Notes under the pieces: generated by a model | Seen by the model: the letters and a program-made list of their open reading frames with translations, nothing else | Told to the model about the DNA's origin: nothing | The model's database searches: none | Shown here: positions 53,721-64,000 of the stretch, one piece after another | How the letters are laid out: every line of letters begins with the position of its first letter | Position numbering within the stretch: the stretch's first letter is position 1 | Assembly: GCA_951406725.2 (NCBI GenBank) | Contig: OX597823.1 | Span: forward strand, 64,046,001 to 64,110,000 | Reading direction: 5' to 3' | Source of the DNA: Octopus vulgaris | Lineage: Eukaryota | DNA: 64,000 bases | Made by a program: the position numbers and the translations under genes

Positions 53721-54431
53721 AGGATGGTAAAAGAAGGATCTACCTGACTGGTTTCAATAGTTTTTGTGATCTTATCAGGAAGTGAGCATCTATGTATGTA
53801 CTACAACATTTAATAAGTGATTTTGAAATCACACATTTGGCGAGTTTGATGGAGGTGATTCTTTTGCTGATGAGGTTATGATAAGAGTGAAACATGTCTC
53901 ATATCATCTCCAGTACTTGCAAAAATAAATGAAATAATGTTACTCCTTGAATGATATTGTTTTCATTTTCTTTTATTTTTTTTATTTTGCTGCATAAATA
54001 TTTCCAGTTTTAGCTTTTTGCTGCTTTCTGCATTGAATATGTTAACATCAACTTGGCTAATATATTAATAATTCTGTGAGTTTTGTTTCTGAAAGCAAGT
54101 TATTTCCCATAATTCTCCCATTCAAACATCTGGAAATGTGATGCTCGAATTGACATGGTTGAGGCTAGCCCCTTTCATTTCCATTTGGTTTCTGTCTTCC
54201 TCTGTCCACAGACCACAACTACCACAACTACCACCACATACACCCAAACCATCACCACCACTACCACTATTACTGCAACCATCATAACCCACAAAATGGA
54301 AAATGTTACCAGAATGGCCTAGATCTTCAATTCAGAAATATTAATATTGGTGTCTGTGATTCTGCTTTAAAGGAGTTTTTTTTGTTCTTTTTTCAATGGA
54401 ACATCAAAGCAAGAAGCTTATATTAGTATGA

Positions 54432-54517
<86 letters not shown>

Positions 54518-54632
54518 ATACATATATATATACATACATACATTACATACACACATATATATATATGTACATATGTATAATATGTATATATATACATACA
54601 AATATACTTATACATAGATACACACACATATA

Positions 54633-54664
<32 letters not shown>

Positions 54665-54724
54665 CATACAAATATACTTATACATAGATACACACACATA
54701 TATGTGTGTGTGTGTATATATATA

Positions 54725-54775
<51 letters not shown>

Positions 54776-55079
54776 TTATACATACACACACACACACACA
54801 CAATCACACACACACACACACACTTTCTTTAGACTTAGATATGGTGTATCACATGTCTTTTATCATTTATTGGCATTCAGCAAATTATATTTTGTGAAAG
54901 TTCACTCCAAATTTTGCTAGCTAGACTCAATATTGCAGCGTTTTTATTTTAATATTTTCTTGTATTAAATACTTTTCAGAATTAGATGATACATATGATA
55001 ATGCATCAGCACACCCCCCCCAACACACACACACATACACACGCACCCACATACACACGCACCCACACACACTTATACA

Positions 55080-55115
<36 letters not shown>

Positions 55116-55144
55116 TATATACACATATATATACACATACATAC

Positions 55145-55178
<34 letters not shown>

Positions 55179-55268
55179 TCACATACACATATACACACAC
55201 ACGTATATATACACATATATATACACACACACATATATATGCACACATACATACACATACATACACAC

Positions 55269-55305
<37 letters not shown>

Positions 55306-55420
55306 TGCTACTAAGATCAAAAATGTTAAATGAGTTTCTCTGCAAAGTATATACTACAACAATTATGTCTATTCAGAAGATGAAATTTAGAAAATTCTTG
55401 TTTATTTTTTCCATTCCATT

Positions 55421-55472
<52 letters not shown>

Positions 55473-57217
55473 TACATATATATATGGAATATGCAGATCA
55501 CACATAGCATTGTAATTATTTGCACAAGATCTTCATTTTGTTTGTAGATTACTGCTTAAATTCTTTGTAACCTAATGAAGCAAACCAATAATTACTGGTT
55601 CAAAATTTTGCAACAATGCCAGTAATTTTGGGGCAAGGGTGTAAGTCAGTTGCATCAATCCCAGTGCTGAACTAGTACTTATTTTATTGACCCTGAAAGG
55701 ATGAGAGGTGAAATCAGTCCTGGCAGCATTTGAACTCAGAACATAAATTCTAAAGAAATTTTGCTGAGCATTTTTTTCCAAGGCAGTGACAATTTTGCCA
55801 GCTTGCCGTCTTAACCATTTGGCATTTAAACTGTCCATATTCAGCCCGAATATTCTACCTGTTTTATGTTCAAAGTGGTCAAATCTGGCCTCTCACACAT
55901 TCCCTGCAATGTCATTCTAAAAGATAAACAATCCCATCTTTAAAACCTTGAAGCTATAAGCTAATACAGTATTAATTATTACAAAATGTGAACTAAATAA
56001 GCATTACATTTGACAAAATAATCTGAATGCTAAAGGGTTAAGTAAACTGGTTCCAAATTTTGGCAGAATGCCAGTAATTTTGGCACAAAGTCTGCAATTT
56101 TGGTTGAGTGGTGTACATTGATTACATTGATCCTAGTGTTCAGTTGGAACTTTGCTTCTCAGCCTTTCAGTATCGATAAACTAAAGTCAAGCTCAGTGGG
56201 ATTTAAACTCAGGAAATAAAGTTGGAAGAAATACCACTGAGGGTTTTTTCCTGAGGCACTAACAATTCTCCCAGTTTGCCAGCACAAGTAAACCAATAAT
56301 TATGAGCACAAAGAATAGGTACAAGCATGGCTATGTTGCTAAGAAGCTTGTATTGCATCTGCATGGCTTCAGGCTCAATCTCACTGCCTGGCATCGTATC
56401 TTTGGCAAGTGTCTTCTATAATAACTCCTGGCTGACCAAAGTAGATTTGATAAAGAGAAACTGAAAGAAGACCATTATATATATTGTGCATGTGTGTGCA
56501 TGAATGTGTGTGCATGATTGTATGTGTATGTGCATTTGTGTGTGTGAGTGTCTCCTTGTCTTGATATCATGCGATAGCTGTAAATGAGTCTCATCCTCAT
56601 ACAAGCAGTGACATTTTCCCCCAGTCTTCCATGAAAATGTGTCCAGTTTTGGGGGAATATTACATTTCTTGGAGCAGGTTGGTGACAGAAAGAGCACCAA
56701 ACTGTAAAAACATTTGCTTCCAGTGACATTTTTTTCACTTGATAATATAGTCCAAGCATTGTAAAACAAGACACCCTTAAATTATCAACAAAACAGTAAT
56801 TCTTTTTAACTGAAAAGGAAAAACAAACTTTAAAGAAAGGATAAAATGTTTACCAGCATTATTTCTTGCTACTCCTCTTGTTTAGTATTCCACAATTGGA
56901 CAATGTTACATAATATGTAGAAATACATTGGCTACTCTTAAAATAATTAACATTTACTTCAGTTCTCATTTTGACTCGTGTCATTGGCTGTAACAAAATG
57001 ACCTCAAAAAGAAATTTTATAAAATCTTGGAATGTTTTAAAAAATTCTAAAGTATGATAATTTATTGTTTGTAAAATATATACAACAAAATGATAATTAA
57101 AATCAGTTATATTAATCTTGGTAATGACAGGTATTGTCTATTCGACATCTGTACATGTGTGAAATCTTCTAATGTCTACAAAACTTCAGATTTAGTTTTG
57201 TACATTACTAACTATAT

Positions 57218-57446
57218 ACTCCTTTACTCTTTTACTTGTTTCAGTCATTTGACTGTGGCCATGCTGGATCACCACATTTAGTTGAGCAAATCAACCCCAG
57301 GACTTATTCTTTGTAAGCCTAGTACTTATTCTATTGGTCTCTTTTGCCGAACTGCTAAGTTAGAGGTTTGGAAACACACCAGCATCGGTTGTCAAGCAAT
57401 GTTGGGGGAGGGGGTCAAACACTGACAAACAAACATATACACACAC

Positions 57447-57493
<47 letters not shown>

Positions 57494-57661
57494 TATGATG
57501 GGATTCTTTCAGTTTCTGTCTACCAAATCAACTCACAAGGCTTTGGTTGACCCAAGGCTATAGTAGATAACATTTACCCAATGTGCCACACAGTGGGACT
57601 GAACCCAGAACCATGTGGTTCATAAGCAAGCTACTTACCACACAGCCACTCCTTCGCCTAT
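57218..57661 (-). mobile_element. SINE family A
   Basis: Reverse complement of the consensus; head-to-head with the 57990 copy. Confidence 0.85.
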
Positions 57662-57811
57662 ATATATATATATAGATCAATAAATGGTGGGGTTGTGTTG
57701 ACCGCACGTGGAGAAATGATAAGCAAGGAAAAATTGTAAAAATGCAGAATGCTCGATTGAAAGAAAATTTTAATGAAATGAGAAAATGAAAAAAATATAT
57801 AAATATATATT

Positions 57812-57853
57812 TATTCAAACCGGTTTTCATCATAGTTTGACTTATCAAGAATA
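57812..57853 (-). ncRNA. Mirror copy of the U3:A8 variant hammerhead motif
   Basis: Reverse complement of 58417-58458 with one C>T change that gives a G-U pair in stem II. Confidence 0.6.
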
Positions 57854-57989
57854 GTTAGGTGAAAAGGTTTTTTAAAAATGAGAAAGGGGAAAAAGAATAA
57901 TAATAAATATGTATTTATTATTATTCTTTTGCAAAAAACAATGCAACTTTTTTCCCCTTTCTCATTTTTAAAAAACCTTTTCACCTAAC

Positions 57990-58412
57990 ATAGGCGCAGG
58001 AGTGGCTGTTTGGTAAGTAGCTTGCTAACCAACCACATGGTTCCGGGTTCAGTCCCACTGTGTGGCATCTTGGGCAAGTGTCTTCTGCTATAGCCCCGGG
58101 CCGACCAATGCCTTGTGAGTGTATTTGGTAGACGGAAACTGAAAGAAGCCTGTCGTATATATGTATATATATATAAGTGTGTGTGAATATGTTTGTGTGT
58201 CTGTGTTTGTTCCCCTAGCATTGCTTGACAACCGATGCTGGTGTGTTTATGTCCCCGTCACTTAGCGGTTCGGCAAAAGAGACCGATAGAGTAAGTGCTG
58301 GGCTTACAAAGAATAAGTCCCAGGGTCGATTTGCTCGACTAAAGGCGGTGCTCCAGCATGGCCGCAGTCAAATGACTGAAACAAGTAAAAAGAGAAAAAA
58401 AAGAGTAAAGAG
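57990..58412 (+). mobile_element. SINE family A, young copy inserted in an inverted-repeat arm
   Basis: Full length, CpGs retained, with TAAC duplicated at 57986-57989 and 58413-58416. Confidence 0.9.
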
Positions 58413-58416
58413 TAAC

Positions 58417-58458
58417 TATTCTTGATAAGTCAAACTATGACGAAAACCGGTTTGAATA
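58417..58458 (+). ncRNA. Minimal hammerhead ribozyme motif with variant core (U3:A8)
   Basis: tattc-TTGATAA-gtca-aacta-tgac-GAAA-a-ccgg-t-TT-gaata. 5-bp stem I, 4-bp stem II and a palindromic ACCGGT stem III. The CUGANGA core is replaced by UUGAUAA, with both partners of the 3:8 pair changed. Confidence 0.65.
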
Positions 58459-58757
58459 AATATATATTTATATATTTTTTCATTTTCTCATTTCATTAAA
58501 ATTTTCTTTCAATCGAGCATTCTGCATTTTTACAATTTTTCCTTGCTTATATATATATATATATATATATACGTTATATAATTAGGGTTCATTAAAATAA
58601 CTTACTTTATCACACACTGAACTTTTAGAAATAGCAGCCAAAAAATCTTAGCTATTTCTTCTACTATAACAAAAATCTCCCAGACAATGCATACTCAAAA
58701 ATAATTCACACAGGTATAGAGGGAAAAATAACGAAAGATCACATGTACATAAGATTA

Positions 58758-58821
58758 CTTGAGAACGGCTGTTTCTGGATTAGTTGAATATAAAGATCAA
58801 CATTTCCTTCGTCAGCTCAAA
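58758..58821 (-). ncRNA. Minimal type I hammerhead ribozyme motif
   Basis: Minus strand reads tttgag-CTGACGA-a-gga-aat-gttga-tctttatat-tcaac-taa-tcc-a-GAAA-CAGCCG-TT-ctcaag. 6-bp stem I, two-part stem II, near-palindromic stem III and a GUU triplet. Confidence 0.8.
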
Positions 58822-59529
58822 GATTTCTTTTGATTTGGATTTGAGAGCACTAAAAATCGAATATACCCGTCTGATATGAGTAATCCCAGACAAACCATCT
58901 TCGACCGCTAGTACTAACGAATTCAAAAAGTACAAATGAGGCTTTGCATTCTTCCCCTTCCACCCACGTGAGTTATAGAGCAACACATTCCTACAGAGAG
59001 AACTGTAGTTTAATATCAGAGAGAGAGAATTATATTATCAATAATAAAAGGGTAAAATTAATTAATTATTAATTAATTTTACCAAGTAGTGTTCAGTATG
59101 TAAAAAGACCATTTACGGTATATTTATAACGTAATGTTTTAAATATACCGTAAATGGTCTTTTTATATATATATAGATATATATCTAGAGAGAGAGAGAG
59201 AGGCATCGCTATGTGGTAAGAAGTTATACACATATATATAAACCTATTGATACATATGTAAATATGCTTGGGTCTTTGTGTGTATCCATGTGCATTTGTG
59301 TTCTTGTGTTTGTCTCTTGCTGTAACTTAATGGTTAAAAAAAAATGGAAACTGATAGAATAATTACTAGACTTGAAAGCGTTAGAAACAAGGTTGATTTG
59401 TATGAGTGAGGAAATAAAAAGAAAGAAAAAAAAAATCGGTAAAATAAAAATAACTTTCTTCAACTTAGTGCTTCAGCATGCCAGCAATCCATTGATTACA
59501 GACAATAAAAGACCACTAGTGAGACAGTC

Positions 59530-59915
59530 AGCTGGCAGAAACGTTAGCATGCTGGGAAAACTGCTTAGCGGTATTTTGTCTGTCTTTACGTTCTGAGTTC
59601 AAATTCTACCGAGGTTGACTTTGCCTTTCATCCTTTCGGGGTCGATTAAATAAGTACCAGTTATGCACTGGGATTGATGTAATCGACTTAATCCGTTTGT
59701 CTGTCCTTGTTTGTCCTCTCTGTGTTTAGCCCCTTGTGAGTAGTAAAGAAATGGGTATTTCGCCTGTCTTTACTTTCTGAGTTCAAATTTTACTGAGGTC
59801 GACTTTGCCTTTCATCCTTTCAGGGTCAATAAATTAAGTACCAGTGTGTACTGGGGTCGATCTAATCAACTGGCCCCCTTCCCCAAAATTTTGGACCTCG
59901 TTCCTAGAGCAGAAA
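59530..59915 (+). mobile_element. SINE family B, dimeric (partial tandem) copy
   Basis: The body ttctgagttcaaatt...gcctttcatcctttc occurs twice (about 59590 and 59775). Confidence 0.85.
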
Positions 59916-61297
59916 AGAATAAAAGACCAATAGTGTAATATATAAAGACAGGCTGGTCACAGCCAGAATATTTTTGATCACAGTTCTGTTGCATAAGAGA
60001 AACAAAACTTGGAGGTAAACAACAACATTAACAGCAACAAGGACAAGAACTATATCCACAACAGCTGGATATTTTGAGAAAAAACCCCACAAAACTGGCA
60101 CTCTGTTGGTTATGACGATGACGGTTCCGGTTCATCTGATCTATGGAACACCCTGCTCATGATATTAGTATTTGAGTGGCTGAGCACTCCACAGGCACAC
60201 ATACTCTTAATGTAGTTCTCAGGGAAATTTAGCATGACACAGAAAGGGACTTGGCTGGTCCTTTGACATACAGGTATTAGTCATTTTTTGCCTGCTGATT
60301 TGACTGGAGCAATGTGAGATAAAAAAAAATGTCTTGCTCCAGGACACAACATGCTGCCTGGAATCGAACTCACAACGTTCTGATCATAAGCTGAATACCC
60401 CTAACCACTAAGCCATATGCCTTCACTAGCAGCAGCTGTCGCTGTAGTAACATGAACAAAAAAAAAACAATTTAGCAATTTGACCTATTTAGCTCAGAGC
60501 AAAACAAACCAATTTTTTCCAATTTTCTTTTACATATTCAAAGAAGGTAATTTCCCTATATTACCTCACAGGTAATATCTCCAACTAAGTAAATATCTTA
60601 CTCACCCATGAGGGATTCCATTCGATTCAATTCCATTCCATTCCATTAGAATAAAAATCTGATGAATGATAAAACAGAAAAGGAAAATTACTTCATGAAT
60701 AACTTTTAGCATTTTTCATTTGAAAAAGATAATAAAATAGAATATTAATTTTAATATTTCGAGCAATTTATAAGCACCACTGTGGTATCTAACACTACCA
60801 AATTCTATTTGTCTTCCTCTCTATGAAAAACTAAAGAAGGTGAGGAAAACCTACGATAAAATAGTATAATAGAAGAATATAAAAAATATTGGATTGTGTT
60901 CTTTATTGATTTTATCTTAGGTATAAATATTTGAAAGATATTACAGATTAGAAGTGTATAGATATGTACATACATACATGCATATATACATACACATATA
61001 CATACATACTTACATAAATATCTATGTATATAACATCATTGATGTATGTACGTATACATCACATGCATGTATCTGTGTGTGCATATGTATGCATCTACAT
61101 ATATGCACATACATAAATTTATATATATGCATTTGCATATACCTATACCCATCCCACATATACACACACATATAGATATGCGTAAGGGTAGGTGTTTTGG
61201 TTCATGGGTGATTATATTATGTGTATGTGTGCATGTATTTAAATGTAAATTTGTATATGTATTTATTTGTATGTATCTACGTATATGTGTGTGTGTC

Positions 61298-61351
<54 letters not shown>

Positions 61352-61424
61352 GAATGCAGAGAATAAACTATCGTCTAAATTACACAAAAATGAAAACAAC
61401 ACTGACATTTCATTTCAACAGATA

Positions 61425-61840
61425 TACTTTTATTCCTTCACTTGTTTCAGTCATTTGACTGTGGCCATGCTGGAGCACTGCCTTGTAGTTGAACAAATTG
61501 ACCTCCCCAGGAGTTATTCTTTGTAAACCTAATGCTTATTCTATCGGTATCTTTTGCCGAACTGTTAAGTTATGGGGACATAAATGCCCCAACATCGGCT
61601 GTCATGGTGGTGGTGGTGGGGGGGACAAACACAGACACACAAATATATACATACATATGTATACATACGACATAAATATTTATATATGATGGGCTTCTTT
61701 CTGTTTCTGTCTACCAAATCCACTCACAAGGCTTTGGTCAGCCCGAGACTATAGTAAAAGACACTTGCCCAAGATGCCATGCAGTGGGACTGAACCCAAA
61801 ATTATGTGGTTGGGAGGCAAGCTTCTTACCACACAGCCAC
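61425..61840 (-). mobile_element. SINE family A
   Basis: Reverse complement of the consensus. Confidence 0.8.
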
Positions 61841-62107
61841 CAAAATTACAAAAAATATCTTGAAATACTAAAGAGTAAATTTATTCAATGAAATCGCCAT
61901 TGGCTTGAGAATTAATAGAGGTGGGCACTTGAAATCAAGTGTGCTGCAAATGTAGACACTAGCCTGGTGAGAATGTGGGGTTATTTCTTGGTATTTATGT
62001 ATGTATGATATTATAGAGTATGTAAAATCTAACTAATGGACATAGTATGGAGACCTGACAATTACCATGTGTTTCCTCTACTGTGCATATCGAGCTCTCA
62101 CCTATTG

Positions 62108-62143
<36 letters not shown>

Positions 62144-62538
62144 CGTGACCGACCAGGCTATCAGATGTTGCTACACATCGCTGGTCACAATGTGCATATA
62201 CATCCATACATACATACATACATGCATTATTTATATACCCTTTTCAAGCCTAGCCAGGCTCATAGGCCTGGTTTCCTGGTTTCTGTGGTGTATGTGTTCC
62301 CCCCAGCTGGACGGGACGCCAGTGTTTCACAAGAAACAGGAAGAGAGAGTGAGAGAAAGTCAGGGCAAAAGAATACAACAGAGGTCACCAGCACCCCCTG
62401 CTGGAGCCTCATAGAGCTTTAGATGTTTTCGCTCAATAAACACATGCAATGCCCGGTCTGTGAATCGAAACCGCGATCCTCCAACTGCGAGTCTGCTGTC
62501 CTAATCACTGGGCTGTCGCGCCTCCATATATATGAATT

Positions 62539-62618
<80 letters not shown>

Positions 62619-62621
<3 letters not shown>

Positions 62622-62900
62622 ATATATATAAAACTGAGAATGTGTGTCAGTCTGTCTGTTTGTCTGTGTGTTTCCCTAAAACTTGAGAACTACACAACCA
62701 ATTTCATTCAAATTTTACACATGCCTTACTTAGGGTCCATGTAGTTTCATGGGCAAAAAAAATGTTCAACCTCTTGCCTAGAGCGAGCCCATAGCAATAT
62801 CATATCTTCTCCACTATTTCAGTATTACATGTTAAAAGTGAAACAAAAACATTTCTCTATTTTATGTCAGATGCTTTCACTTTAACAATAAAAATAATAA
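62619..62900 (+). mobile_element. Helitron-like 5' end (non-autonomous); 3' end not defined
   Basis: A|TCTATATATATAAAACTGAGAATGTGTGTC followed by (TGTC)n-like repeats, the same 5' signature as 50556-50949. Confidence 0.55.
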
Positions 62901-63399
62901 TAACAATTGAATTATATGTTGTAAGTAATAATTAAAATCAAACTAAAGTATAATATAATCGTAACATAACAAAAGTAAAAATAGCAATTGGTATAAAATT
63001 GCATCAATGACTTGAACTTGAATAAGTGGTTTCACATGAATGGGGATAAATTAAAAATAAAATTAGCATGCAGAAATGGAATAGTCCAGATGGAGCTGCG
63101 CTTTTACATTAGATTATCTGCTAATTAGCTAGCATTAAGTATCTATATGAAGTTTGGCTGTATGTAATATCTGTTTTCTCGAACAGCCGCTCCTACAGAG
63201 TACTGCTGTTGATTTATTTCTTATACATAAAGGACTAAAGCTTCAACTGCTTACTGCTTTCTGAGTCATCTTAAGGTTTGTTGTTATTATTATTACTGTT
63301 TAACTATTGTTATCACGTTTGTTGGTTCCTCGTAAAGGAAACATTATTGTGTTGCATTTGTTAAATAATTGTAAACTGTAACCCTCCCATTTTGGGAGA

Positions 63400-64000
63400 A
63401 GGAGCTTTGGTTATTGTTTAAAAATTGAATTAAGTCCCTGTTTAGGGAAATTGACAATATTTTCACTGTTTACACGGAGGCATTTTTGTTAGAATGCCTT
63501 CGATAGAAGAAAGTCCAAAAATGAATTTCACTGCAGCCGTTGGTGGGCGCGAACTCATTGAAATTAAAATGGAAGAAATACGGATTGATCATCGACAAAG
63601 ACAGTGAATCTAGGATAACACCACCAAACGAAATAAAAAATTAAATTAAAGAAAAGACTATTGTCTATAAAGTATACAATGTAGAGAAAAAAAAAAGATT
63701 TGAACACCTGGAGGAAAGCACCATCGAAAAGTGTCCTGGTGCGACTATGAAAGATATCTAACTAGAGGCGGTAAATTCGCCACAATAGTAGCAAGGTTCG
63801 AGTCAACGGAGCGTGCAAGGGAGTACTCGACTCGAACCTTGCAAAGTGGAAATATTTTTACCTTTATATCTGGGACGTAGGATGTCCCGGATAAAAATTA
63901 AAAATGTCCCCCTAGAAGTAGAGATAGGCTGGATTGTAGCCACACTTCTATACAAGAGGGAGGACAAGATACAATTGATCGAAATTGCAAGAGACGGGCC
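63400..64000 (+). mobile_element. Probable 5' part (ORF1/gag-like) of a relatively young retroelement, frameshifted, running off the window
   Basis: CpG-rich relative to background. Readable peptides YLTRGGKFATIVARFESTERAREYSTRTLQSGN / LPLYLGRRMSRIKIKNVPLEVEIGWIVATLL are reminiscent of RRM-type LINE ORF1. Confidence 0.45.

Larger units (their letters stand above)
57719..58550. repeat. Near-perfect long inverted repeat (about 175-bp arms) with an internal hairpin; right arm interrupted by a SINE
   Basis: The left arm at about 57719-57895 is the reverse complement of about 57948-57989 plus 58413-58550. The spacer contains aaaagaataataataaata-tg-tatttattattattctttt. Confidence 0.9.

Noticed and set aside
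58780-58986. 68-aa minus-strand ORF overlapping the HHR element
   Set aside because: It has no Penelope RT or GIY-YIG motifs and is likely a chance ORF.
30594-64000. Candidate third CFAP65 exons after AG acceptors (e.g. about 34580, 37240, 47200, 52520, 60920)
   Set aside because: They hit stops quickly or lack similarity to the expected continuation.

Overview
Eukaryotic, very AT-rich, repeat-saturated DNA: microsatellites, several tRNA-headed SINE families, mariner, Helitron, RTE, Dong/R4 and Hero remnants. The repeat content strongly suggests an octopus (coleoid cephalopod) genome; this is inference from recognition, not a database result. Almost all supplied ORFs are microsatellite artefacts. 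The only host coding sequence I can support is two in-frame plus-strand exons (16067-16296 and 30455-30593) that splice into the N-terminal Ig-like region of a CFAP65 (CCDC108)-like ciliary protein, so most of the window is probably its introns. The most unusual signal is a set of hammerhead-ribozyme (HHR) motifs. Several are minimal type-I HHRs with a very short, palindromic stem III (11905-11955, 12373-12470, 58758-58821). One carries a U3:A8 covariant core (58417-58458, with a mirror copy at 57812-57853). Several sit in the arms of long inverted repeats next to (AT)n tracts, as expected for non-autonomous Penelope-like or retrozyme elements. A decayed, non-circularly permuted HHR-like motif lies in the 3' end of a Hero-type retrotransposon remnant. 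All folds were derived by eye, and repeat boundaries are approximate.
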